Of a stretch of 64,000 nt of DNA, positions 19,812 to 28,730 are shown in pieces (the stretch's first letter is position 1; each line of letters begins with the position of its first letter). Made by a program: the position numbers and the translations under genes. Below the pieces are notes generated by a model. That model was not told the DNA's origin and searched no databases. It was given only the letters and a program-made list of their open reading frames with translations. The DNA comes from Candidatus Bathyarchaeum tardum (lineage in GTDB: Archaea > Thermoproteota > Bathyarchaeia > Bathyarchaeales > Bathyarchaeaceae), in NCBI GenBank assembly GCA_024650005.2, contig CP122380.1, positions 1,440,001 to 1,504,000 on the forward strand, read 5' to 3'.

Positions 19812-20930
19812 GTGAAAAGTGTGGCTTTGACTGTTTTTGGTTCAGTTTCAGTTGCTGGAGCGATCCTTAACGCAGAGGTCACAGGGTTCTTTGATCGCCT
19901 ACTATTAGAAGCAAATGAACTGCTAATAGCTGGAATTATTTTGTTGGTTAGTTTTTTTGCTACAATTTTTCTTACAAAAAAATGGATTAAATCCGCCAAT
20001 GCAGCAAACCTTCAAGGAAAAGACATGAATAAACTTGACAAGCCATTGGTTCCTAGGTCGGGAGGTTTGGTGGTTGCCATTGTTGTGTGTTTTTCCGTGT
20101 TGATTTATGTGTTCTTAAAAACTTTTTCAATGCTAGGAACCCCCCAAACAAACGTGGTTGAAGCATTTGCGATTTCATCGACAATATTACTTGCAGGCTT
20201 TGTCGGATTCATCGATGACATATTAGGTTGGAAAACCGGATTAAGTCAGCTGCAAAAAATATTTCTCACAGTTCCAATAGCGCTTCCGTTAACTGTTTTG
20301 AACGTTAACCAAACAGTAATGGTCATTCCTTTTCTTGGTCCTGTTGATTTTGGGCTCTTGTATCCTTTACTGATTGTCCCTTTAGGAATAATTGGTGCTG
20401 CAAACGGTTTTAATCTTCTTGCAGGCTACAATGGGTTAGAAACAAGTATGGGGCTGGTAATTTTTGCAACTTTTGGATTCACCAGCATTCTTGTTGGGCG
20501 ATTATGGATTGCATTAGTATGCATGATAGTTTATGCTTCATTGCTTGGATTTTTGGCTTTTAATTGGTATCCGGCAAGAGTTTTCCCGGGTAACTCTTTC
20601 ACTTATGCGGTTGGAGCGTTAATTGGAACCTTAGCAATTCTAGGAAACATGGAACGAATTGCAGTCTGGCTGTTCATGTTGTATATCTTAGAAATTTTGT
20701 TATACATGCGAGCGCGATTCGTTGACAAACAAGGAGATGTTCAAGCCTTTGCTAAACTCAATGATGATGGGTCATTGGAGTTGCCTTATGAGCATATTTA
20801 TGATACTACTCATTTGGCTATTTGGGTTCTAAAGAAACTGAAAAACAAAGTCTACGAAAGGGATGTCGTGGTTTTCATAGTAGTTCTTCAGTCGCTGATT
20901 GCGATTTTGGGTGTATTGTTGCTTCTTTAG
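19812..20930 (+). CDS. UDP-GlcNAc:dolichyl-phosphate GlcNAc-1-P transferase (GPT/MraY family, AglH-like)
   Basis: GKDMNK...VPRSGG, GFIDD, NGFNLLAGYNGLE, FNWYPARVFPGN. Confidence 0.88.
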   Translation: MKSVALTVFGSVSVAGAILNAEVTGFFDRLLLEANELLIAGIILLVSFFATIFLTKKWIKSANAANLQGKDMNKLDKPLVPRSGGLVVAIVVCFSVLIYVFLKTFSMLGTPQTNVVEAFAISSTILLAGFVGFIDDILGWKTGLSQLQKIFLTVPIALPLTVLNVNQTVMVIPFLGPVDFGLLYPLLIVPLGIIGAANGFNLLAGYNGLETSMGLVIFATFGFTSILVGRLWIALVCMIVYASLLGFLAFNWYPARVFPGNSFTYAVGALIGTLAILGNMERIAVWLFMLYILEILLYMRARFVDKQGDVQAFAKLNDDGSLELPYEHIYDTTHLAIWVLKKLKNKVYERDVVVFIVVLQSLIAILGVLLLL

Positions 20931-20984
20931 TTGAGGTTACGTTTTTCCTAAAAAAATAAAAGTATTGACCCCCAATAGGTTCCA

Positions 20985-21209
20985 GTGAACAAAATGAGTA
21001 CCTCTCAACCAAAAGCAAAATTTTACAAACGAATAAGTGAAAACGAATATCTGAACTTAGCAATATGGCAAGGAAAATCTGATCCCTCTGCAGAGGTTAT
21101 TTCTGTTCAGCTTAGTCGCAGAACTGATGACAAATGGGAAACTGCTGGACAGTTTGCAGTTTACCGAACATCAGATGGAAATTATTCCCAGCTGCCTGAC
21201 CGAAAATAA
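20985..21209 (+). CDS. Small hypothetical protein
   Basis: Compact ORF with own upstream AT-rich region; start may be ATG 20994. Confidence 0.6.
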   Translation: MNKMSTSQPKAKFYKRISENEYLNLAIWQGKSDPSAEVISVQLSRRTDDKWETAGQFAVYRTSDGNYSQLPDRK

Positions 21210-21217
21210 TTTTTTGG

Positions 21218-21475
21218 TTATTTTCCTAGATTGAAGGGTTTTCCCTCTTCTAGTATTTGTTTTGGAAATTTTTGTTTCCATTTTTTCATGAAAGGGATTT
21301 CGTCTTTTTCTTCTCGGAGTTCGTCGGGGAGCATTTCTGGGATTTCTTCGCGTATGGGGTACCATCGTGAGCATTTGGGGCAGATTATCACGCCTTCTGC
21401 GATTTCGTCGGTTTCTTCAAAAACGTGTAACTCCAAGGGATAATGTTTGTCGATGGGGCAGGCCAAGATATCCAT
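21218..21475 (-). CDS. trm112: Trm112-like methyltransferase activator
   Basis: DILACPIDK...CPKCSRWYPIREEIPEMLPD. Confidence 0.92.
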   Translation of the reverse strand: MDILACPIDKHYPLELHVFEETDEIAEGVIICPKCSRWYPIREEIPEMLPDELREEKDEIPFMKKWKQKFPKQILEEGKPFNLGK

Positions 21476-21547
21476 TAATTTCTTTTTGATTGTTTGTCCC
21501 TCACTTGATAGTATTGTTCATTGGTGTAGTTATAAAACATTTGCCAA

Positions 21548-22399
21548 CTATTTCGTAACTTCAATATCCAAGACTACTTGGTACCATCGTGGTCCAATTG
21601 GTCTAATAACTCGCCCAAAATTTATGGAAAAATCCTTGCATAACTTTGACAGTTTTTTGGAAACTTTAACTTTAACTTTGTGAACAGGATTTTCAGCTTT
21701 TTTTGTATAAACAAAATCATGGTAATGTACCCATCCCCCTTCTGGCTTAAGAGCTGAAACTGCAGAATCTAAATACTCAAAAGCCAGTTCAGGAAGAGGC
21801 ATTAAAACCCTATCAGCAATGCCTTGAAGCTTATTTTTTATGGTTGTTTTTGCGTCTCCTAGAATTGGAACCACAGTTTTTTCAGTTTTGTTAAGTTGAA
21901 TGTTTTGCTTAAGATATTTGAAAGCAACGGGATTAACATCAATCGAATAAACAGTTTTTGGGTCTGAATGTTTAGCAATGGCAATCGAATAACAGCCTAC
22001 CCCTGCAAACATGTTTACAATAGTTTCATTTTTTTGAACCAATTTGGCGATTCTTAATCTTTCGTAGGAAAGCCTAGGAGAAAAATATGTTTTCTGCAGA
22101 TCAGTTTTGTATATGCATCTATGCTCCTTGTAACAGGTTTCAGTGGTTTTTTTGCCTAAAACAAACTCTAGCTCACGTAGCCGATAATCTCCTGAGACTG
22201 AGCCTGACTGTTTCCATACTGACTTGACTTCTCCGTGTGTTTCCATCACTGTTTTGGCGATAAGATCAGCATAACTTGTTAATTCTTCAGGCACACGTAT
22301 AACTGCAATTTCTCCAATCAAATCGTAGCTTTTGTACAGTTTTTGCAGCTCTTCAGGGTCAAGTTTGCCTGCTAAAACAGTTTTCAAGTTTCCTTTCAA
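21548..22399 (-). CDS. trm5: Trm5/Tyw2 family tRNA methyltransferase
   Basis: YDLIGEIAV, YFSPRLSYER, NMFAGVG, DVNP, ADRVLMPLP. Confidence 0.88.
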   Translation of the reverse strand: MKGNLKTVLAGKLDPEELQKLYKSYDLIGEIAVIRVPEELTSYADLIAKTVMETHGEVKSVWKQSGSVSGDYRLRELEFVLGKKTTETCYKEHRCIYKTDLQKTYFSPRLSYERLRIAKLVQKNETIVNMFAGVGCYSIAIAKHSDPKTVYSIDVNPVAFKYLKQNIQLNKTEKTVVPILGDAKTTIKNKLQGIADRVLMPLPELAFEYLDSAVSALKPEGGWVHYHDFVYTKKAENPVHKVKVKVSKKLSKLCKDFSINFGRVIRPIGPRWYQVVLDIEVTK

Positions 22400-22523
22400 T
22401 TAAATCGATCTCCAACCCAACGTCGATGTTTATTTTGTATGGGCTGTTACGTTAACTTCAGTTGTATACAAAATTCTCTTTCATTTTCCTGCTTTTAAGC
22501 CTTAACTAAACAATAAACTGTAA

Positions 22524-22943
22524 TCACACGACGCCTGTAGTTGTAGCTTGTAACGATTTTTCTATGCAACGGTTTAAAGTAGAAAAGATAATCTCAGGGT
22601 TGCCTGTTTTTCCTATGAATCCGTTGGCTCCTGAACTAAATGCTTCTATGGGTTTTTGTTTATCCTCGGTCGCTGTGAATACTATAAACGGGATATTGTT
22701 GTTGTTTTTTCTAAGGGTTTTCAGGAACTCAATACCATCTGTTATGGGCATGTTCATGTCGCTGATTATTATGTCAATTTCTTTTTTTGTAACTATTTCA
22801 AGGGCTTGTGCCACTGAGAATGCACAAGTAATTTCATAATTTCCATGGAGTTCTAAACATTGTTGTGCACTTTTAAGAAAATCAACATCATTGTCTACAA
22901 ATAAAATTTTGATGTATTTTTTTTCCTTAAAAGTGTTTATCAT
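22524..22943 (-). CDS. Stand-alone response regulator receiver
   Basis: ILFVDND, IISDMNMP..DG, FTA, GANGFIGK. Confidence 0.9.
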   Translation of the reverse strand: MINTFKEKKYIKILFVDNDVDFLKSAQQCLELHGNYEITCAFSVAQALEIVTKKEIDIIISDMNMPITDGIEFLKTLRKNNNNIPFIVFTATEDKQKPIEAFSSGANGFIGKTGNPEIIFSTLNRCIEKSLQATTTGVV

Positions 22944-22977
22944 GTTATTGCATATTCAATATTGAATAATATAACAT
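22942..22977. promoter_or_regulatory. Long palindrome between divergent receiver and RHH genes
   Basis: Perfect TATTCAATATTGAATA (22953-22968) flanked by ATGTTAT/ATAACAT. Confidence 0.5.
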
Positions 22978-23057
22978 TGACGTGCGCAACTTACTCACAT
23001 TTGGTTAAAAATGGTTAAATAGTATTACACTGTAACTGATTTGGTTAATGAGGGATC

Positions 23058-23615
23058 TTGCATTTGTTTAACAAAAACCGCAAAACAGTGGGCAGATCAT
23101 TCAGAATAGACGAACAATGGCTCAACGTATTAAATGAAGAAGCACAAAAACAAGGAGTAAGCGTTAACTCTCTTCTAAACAGGCTTTTACAACAGTACGC
23201 TTACCTAAGATACATGCTACGTTACGGGGCAATAACCATGACCCGCCAAGGATTCATGGGAATACTAGAATGTTGCCCTGATGAAAAAATAACTGAACAG
23301 GGAAAAAAAGCAGGAGCAAACATCGTCAAAGACCTTTTGCGCACCATGGGTGTTCCCCCTACTTACAGCTTCATTGTTTGTATTGTTGAAAAACTGTTAT
23401 CTGAGTTTGCAGGATGGTTTGAATGCGACCACCACATCAAACCTGACAAAGAAATCCTCCATTTCCGCCATGACCTCGGACCAAAATGGAGCATTTATCT
23501 CGCAGGGATAACCACTGGAACCTTCAACTCGTTACTAAAAACAGAAGTAAAAATTGAAACAACCAACAACTCAGTAACAATAACATTAAACAAGCCCAAA
23601 CAAAATGAAAAATAG
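23058..23615 (+). CDS. Ribbon-helix-helix domain protein
   Basis: RSFRIDEQWLNVLNEEAQKQGVSVNSLLNRLL N-terminus; HDLGPKWS C-terminal motif. Confidence 0.7.
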   Translation: MHLFNKNRKTVGRSFRIDEQWLNVLNEEAQKQGVSVNSLLNRLLQQYAYLRYMLRYGAITMTRQGFMGILECCPDEKITEQGKKAGANIVKDLLRTMGVPPTYSFIVCIVEKLLSEFAGWFECDHHIKPDKEILHFRHDLGPKWSIYLAGITTGTFNSLLKTEVKIETTNNSVTITLNKPKQNEK

Positions 23616-23825
23616 AGCATCCAGGCGGGATTTAATCCCACCCTAATCTTAATGTTTTTTGTCCTAGTTTTGATTTATTGTCCAATTTATATTCAGTCTT
23701 TACTTGAGCCAGTTAAATTCTTGGTGAACAAAAATTATTTGTTCAAAAACTATTTTATAGCTGCTTCTAATGCAGATATGCATATACATTTTCATCTTGG
23801 TTAATTTTCAAGGAGGAAAAAAATT

Positions 23826-23955
23826 GAGCCGAAGAAGCAAAAAAGAAAAAACAGCAGGAATCGAACAACATAAACAGGCATTACGGGAAAAGAAAATGAA
23901 GAAAAAAGAAAAAAAGAAAGCAACAATATCTGCAAACTATAGAAAAAACAAGTAA
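23826..23955 (+). CDS. Small basic hypothetical protein
   Basis: GGAGG RBS before a TTG near 23825; Lys/Arg-rich; start approximate. Confidence 0.4.
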
Positions 23956-24217
23956 CTGGAGTCTATCTACTTTCTGGTTGGGAATTGAATTTAACCCCCA
24001 CAAATGTTAGGTTTTAAAAGTTATTTTTTTACTGTTTTCTTTTTATTTCTATTTGATTTAAAAAAAAATGGGTTTGAAGAATCATCAATTTGATCAATAA
24101 ATATTTGCACCCACTTTGATTAAGGGGGTTACTGCATTGTTTATCGTAATTAAACTATGGTGCGTGATATCGGTTTCCATTTAAATGTCTTTTGAGAGAA
24201 AAATGTAGTTGGGAATC

Positions 24218-24418
24218 CTACAAATAATACATGTGGTTTTGGGTCTTCTTAATTTTTCCAAGAAAATCGCCTGCGAAATAGTCTAGCCAATATGCTTCTT
24301 GCTCATCAAATTTTGCTTCCAAAAATGTAACGGCTTTTTCCATAGAAATAGCTCCTGCTTTCTCAAGTTTACGAACAAGCCTCAGTTCCATTACAAATTG
24401 CATCCCGTTAATAGACAA
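24218..24418 (-). CDS. Small hypothetical protein
   Basis: GGAGAGG RBS before TTG; 66 aa. Confidence 0.55.
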   Translation of the reverse strand: MSINGMQFVMELRLVRKLEKAGAISMEKAVTFLEAKFDEQEAYWLDYFAGDFLGKIKKTQNHMYYL

Positions 24419-24656
24419 TTTTTAAAACCTCTCCTACATTACCTTGTTTTTCAAAAAGAACACTCAAAATGAACATCAAATAACTAAAAGCCTTTTTACA
24501 GCGACATTAATTAAGAGAATTCTACACACTACATGATGCACTGTACCATATATACTATGTGGAAATCTAATTAATTTTAGAATAGAAAAACATAATGAAT
24601 AAAACATAACTAAAAAATTTTTGCAAAATATGCCTCACAACCTTTTTCATGAATGT

Positions 24657-24686
24657 TGTGGAGCCTCGGGCGGGATTTGAACCCGC
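24657..24686 (-). repeat. att site (copy of tRNA-Thr 3' end)
   Basis: TGTGGAGCCTCGGGCGGGATTTGAACCCGC, identical to 28729..28758. Confidence 0.97.
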
Positions 24687-24717
24687 CTTTAGCCTTAGTA
24701 ATTTTTTCTATTGACAT
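24657..24717 (-). CDS. Integrase N-terminal fragment int(N)
   Basis: AAGAGAG then ATG at 24717 reads MSIEKITKAKGGFKSRPRLH through the att site, in frame with 27839..28726 once circularised. Confidence 0.75.
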
Positions 24718-24744
24718 AATCTCTCTTATTGTTGGCTCGTACAT

Positions 24745-25029
24745 TTAGATTTTTTCGTTCTTTTTTCTATTTTTTATCTGCCAATGATAAATTCCAAAAA
24801 TTAAGAAAATTATTCCAAGAAAAATCAGGATTAACCCAAGAAATTGATAGGCATACTCAAAGAGGTGTGGAGTATATTTCAAAATCCCACTCGAACCAGA
24901 CTCAACATTTATTGACCACATTAGTTCCCAAAGAACAAGAACAATACCAATCAGCACGAAAATAATTCCAAAAACTGTAGCTAATATTCCAATTCCAATT
25001 TTTTGGTCTTTAATTATTTGTTCCCCCAT
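24745..25029 (-). CDS. 2-TM membrane protein (element cargo)
   Basis: Two hydrophobic helices, basic C-terminus, GGTGA RBS upstream. Confidence 0.7.
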   Translation of the reverse strand: MGEQIIKDQKIGIGILATVFGIIFVLIGIVLVLWELMWSINVESGSSGILKYTPHLFEYAYQFLGLILIFLGIIFLIFGIYHWQIKNRKKNEKI

Positions 25030-25225
25030 TGGCGCGCAATCACCATTTGGTTGTTACTACCTATATTACCTGTTCTGCGAAAGTAAATGTTGTGCCATTC
25101 CTCTAACTTGTCAAACTTTTGAATTACCTGAAAAGGCTAGGCTTGCCTAGCTCTTTACCCCCTAGCGGTCACGACCTAGTGACTACCCTGACGGATTAGA
25201 AACTGATTATCATACAAAATTAGGT

Positions 25226-25828
25226 TTAGTCACTAATCAATTGTTTTAGTTGTTCTATCATGTGTTCAATTAAGATTTTGGCTTGCTCGTACATTTCAGG
25301 ATAATGCTTCAAAACTCCAACAATTCTTTTCATTCGTTCAGCATCACTTTCAGAGGCGGTATCAGAAATAAGGATAGTCATAAGCCCCACAAAATCTATA
25401 TCTCCTTTCTTTTCAACAACATTAAGACCTAACCGTAAAACCATGGGATTCAAATGTTCCAATAGTTCCAGAAAACAATGAAGAATTTTAACATCGGGAA
25501 ACAGGCGTTTACTTTCTTCGAGAATAACAACCCTGTCAGCCCCTTCAAGAATTGAAATTATCATTCCCTTAGCCGTCAGCCAATAACGCTCATATTTTCT
25601 GCCTCTATACTCTTTGACATCTGTTTTCCAAATCAACTTCTTTTTTTCTAAGCTCTTAAAAGCAATCCAAGCAGGCTTGTAACTCTTTTCTATAGACGTA
25701 ACTGTTTCGTTGATGGTTTGCGGTTCACTCTTTGCCAAATGGAGAACAATAGCTAATTGTAAAGAGGGTAAGTTATCACCTTTCGTTTTTGATTTTGACA
25801 TATGTTCACTTGCTTTTCCTTTTAACAT
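25226..25828 (-). CDS. Winged-helix DNA-binding protein (element regulator)
   Basis: LQLAIVLHL...TINE...YKPAWIAFKSLEKKKLI...YWLTAKG MarR-like wHTH; divergent from rep. Confidence 0.7.
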   Translation of the reverse strand: MLKGKASEHMSKSKTKGDNLPSLQLAIVLHLAKSEPQTINETVTSIEKSYKPAWIAFKSLEKKKLIWKTDVKEYRGRKYERYWLTAKGMIISILEGADRVVILEESKRLFPDVKILHCFLELLEHLNPMVLRLGLNVVEKKGDIDFVGLMTILISDTASESDAERMKRIVGVLKHYPEMYEQAKILIEHMIEQLKQLISD

Positions 25829-25905
25829 ATGATTCCCCTAGTTTAATTATGTTATATCTTGACTCATATAAATCTTTGTTCATAGACCTTTTCAGGTCGT
25901 AACTA

Positions 25906-27000
25906 ATGAACAAAAAAATTCAAAATTCAAATAATGTTTGCATCATCGAACCTCGAGGTCATGGTGTAGGCGAGTGTGGCGTCGAGGAGCCGAACGGCTC
26001 CGACGACGACGCTTTCACTGACGAACAACCAAAAAAAGAAGATATTTTGAACGAAAAGGGAGAATCAATTCCCCTTTTAGACACACAGAACAGTTACGGA
26101 GAATACGGCAATTTCAAACTTGTTGGCCATGGAAAACCCACAAATGGAAAATGCGGTCACTTTTTCAGGTTCAAAGGCTGTTTGCGTGTCGATTTACACA
26201 ACATAGTAACTCTAGATGGAACCAACTATCAAAATAAGGCGTTTATTCGGCGTGTCCATCATTGGTGCCACAAACCCTCATGTCCAATATGCTACAAACA
26301 CGGATGGGCAGTAAGAGAAGCAGGCAACATAAACGCAAGATGCAAAGAAGCATCCAAAAAACATGGACAAGTAGAACACATCATTTGCAGTGTTCCCACA
26401 AAAGATTACGGTTTATCTTATGCTTACCTTCGCCAAAAAGCAGTCAGAGTTCTAAAAAAACGTGGAATAATCGGTGGATGCCTCATTTTCCACGGCTTTC
26501 GCTACAACATAAAAAGACAATGGTATTGGAGCCCACACTTTCACGTTCTAGGCTACATTCTGGGCGGTTATGGTCAATGCCGACACTGTAAACGCAAAGG
26601 AAATTGTTTGAAAGGCTGTGGCGGATTTGATGACCGCAACTACTGGGAAGGCTACCTAAAAGACGGCTGGATAGTCAAAGTTCTAGGAGAAAGAAAAAGT
26701 GCCTTTGGAACCGCATGGTACCAACTAAACCATAGCAGTTATGACAAAACCAAGAAACGATTCCACATTGCCACTTGGTTTGGAGTTTGCAGTTATCGAA
26801 AACTGAAAGTCACTCCCGAGAAGCGTAAAGAAGTATGCCCAATCTGCCAACAAGAACTTGTATACATCAAATATGTTGGAAAAACTTGTGTAATTAAACG
26901 AAAAGATGACCCTGATTATAATAGAGATAGTTTTGAAGATTTTTTGGATAGTTCAGAAGTTGTGCGTTGGATAATGGCTCCAAAGTCCACACAGACATAA
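25906..27000 (+). CDS. rep: HUH rolling-circle replication initiator with Zn-binding motifs (IS91-transposase/SNJ1 RepA-like)
   Basis: CHKPSCPIC, motif I HIICSVP, motif II WSPHFHVLG, motif III WYQLNH, C-terminal CPIC. Confidence 0.8.
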   Translation: MNKKIQNSNNVCIIEPRGHGVGECGVEEPNGSDDDAFTDEQPKKEDILNEKGESIPLLDTQNSYGEYGNFKLVGHGKPTNGKCGHFFRFKGCLRVDLHNIVTLDGTNYQNKAFIRRVHHWCHKPSCPICYKHGWAVREAGNINARCKEASKKHGQVEHIICSVPTKDYGLSYAYLRQKAVRVLKKRGIIGGCLIFHGFRYNIKRQWYWSPHFHVLGYILGGYGQCRHCKRKGNCLKGCGGFDDRNYWEGYLKDGWIVKVLGERKSAFGTAWYQLNHSSYDKTKKRFHIATWFGVCSYRKLKVTPEKRKEVCPICQQELVYIKYVGKTCVIKRKDDPDYNRDSFEDFLDSSEVVRWIMAPKSTQT

Positions 27001-27252
27001 TAATGGAACTATGGAAAAAATGAAAAATTTGTTATCATAACAACCTTTTTTCATATTTGTGACTGTTATGCATTAAGGTTTAAAGCATTTTGAGTGAGTT
27101 CATTGAATGATATTTCTAAGAGATTGATGGTTTTTAGTTTCACTTACCTCCCCGTTTAGTTTAAGGGACATCTAATTTAAAAGATAATTAAATGATAATA
27201 AAACGTATCACAAATTAACCAATTAAATAAAAATATTTGGAGAAACAAAAAA

Positions 27253-27801
27253 ATGGTCAAAATAAGTGAGGATTTAAGAGACCTCATTTCCTCAACAATA
27301 AATAGTATCAAAGAAGGCTTGAAAGAGGAAAAATGCGGGGTATCTGGGACAATTAAATATGAAGTTTCAGCAGCAAAATCAAAAAAAGCCAAAACTGGAT
27401 TCAAAGTACTTGTTGCAGACGCGTCTGGAGATTACACCAAAGACAACACATCTAAAATCTCTTTTGAAATTGAAGGTGTGCTTTCAGAATCAGAGAAAAC
27501 AGCCCTGAATAACAAAATAAGTAAACTTCAAATTAACTTAAGTTCGAGTCATTCTGAAAATGGGCAACTGAAAAATGAAATACAGTCTTTAAATAGCACA
27601 GTGACAAAGCAACAAGGAAAAATAAAAGAAAAAGACGAAGAAATCAAAAAACTTGGAAACCTCAACAATCAACTTGTTAATAAAATAGCAAATATTGAAA
27701 GACAATTAGAAAGAGCACGTCAAGAAATAGGTGCCCAGAGCAACATTAACAAAAGGCTAAAAGATGAACTTGCAAAGAACCCACGAACGATTGTTAATTA
27801 G
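27253..27801 (+). CDS. Protein with Trypco2-like N-terminal domain and long coiled coil
   Basis: LRDLISSTINSIKEG...IKYEVS...GFKVLV...SKISFEI pattern followed by heptad repeats. Confidence 0.55.
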   Translation: MVKISEDLRDLISSTINSIKEGLKEEKCGVSGTIKYEVSAAKSKKAKTGFKVLVADASGDYTKDNTSKISFEIEGVLSESEKTALNNKISKLQINLSSSHSENGQLKNEIQSLNSTVTKQQGKIKEKDEEIKKLGNLNNQLVNKIANIERQLERARQEIGAQSNINKRLKDELAKNPRTIVN

Positions 27802-27838
27802 TCTGTTTAGCAATAATGAAAGAATTTGGAAAAATGTG

Positions 27839-28726
27839 TTATTTGCGTTTTCTAAATATCTTTAGTCCATCCATTTCTGTGACGTATTCAAACCCAGCCT
27901 CAATAAGTTTTAACGCTTCTTCTGTAGTTGTTGCTGTTCTTGCAATGTATTCTTCTTCTTGGAAGTTTACTAGGTGGGTGTAAATCAGGGTGTTTTCAAG
28001 TCGTTTATGTCCTAGTTGCTGTTTGACTAACAGAATATCTTTGGTTTTGTGATAAAGCATCGTAGCGAAATAGTGCCGAAAACTGTACATTGAGATTTTC
28101 AGTATCTCAGGTCTTTTTAGTTTATTTGCAGTTCTTCTTCTCAATGTTGTGAATACTCGTCGCATAGTCTTTACTTTTGGAAAAATATTGTCATTCAAAA
28201 CAAAGTTGTTTTTCCCAAGGTATTCTTTTAGCATCGCCAGAGTGTGGTCTTTTAACTTTAGAGTTCTCCCATTTCCATGTTTGGCAGTTTCCACATTGAT
28301 TGTTCCTCGATTCAAGTCAAACCATTTTAATTTAGTTCGCTCAATTTCTATTGGTCGCATTCCAGTATCTTTCATAATGTTTAGAATTAGGCTGTATTTT
28401 TTTCCAGCATCACATAACAATGCTGTGATTTCTTCTGTTGTTGGAACATATGGCGGTTGGCTTGAACGTTTGATTATTGGTTGTTGCCATTCTACGTTGT
28501 GATATTTTGCGTATCGATAATAGGCATTTGCCAAACTTTCGATGTAACTGTTTTTTGCTTGTTTATTTGCTAGATATTTTGTTACTTCTTCGGGGTTGTC
28601 AAGGTCTATTGATTTAGCCAGTAGTCTTAGTCTTCTGCCTGTTACTTCAATTGTTGATGGTGCATAATGGTCTTTTTTCATTTCCCATAGTGTTTTAAAA
28701 ATTCTTTCAAAACTACACGGGTTCAA
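27839..28726 (-). CDS. int: Tyrosine integrase, int(C) part
   Basis: TGMRPIE (R), ETAKHG (K), YSFRH, LGH, NTLIYTH (catalytic Y); starts 2 bp past the att site. Confidence 0.93.
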   Translation of the reverse strand: MNPCSFERIFKTLWEMKKDHYAPSTIEVTGRRLRLLAKSIDLDNPEEVTKYLANKQAKNSYIESLANAYYRYAKYHNVEWQQPIIKRSSQPPYVPTTEEITALLCDAGKKYSLILNIMKDTGMRPIEIERTKLKWFDLNRGTINVETAKHGNGRTLKLKDHTLAMLKEYLGKNNFVLNDNIFPKVKTMRRVFTTLRRRTANKLKRPEILKISMYSFRHYFATMLYHKTKDILLVKQQLGHKRLENTLIYTHLVNFQEEEYIARTATTTEEALKLIEAGFEYVTEMDGLKIFRKRK

Positions 28727-28730
28727 TGTG

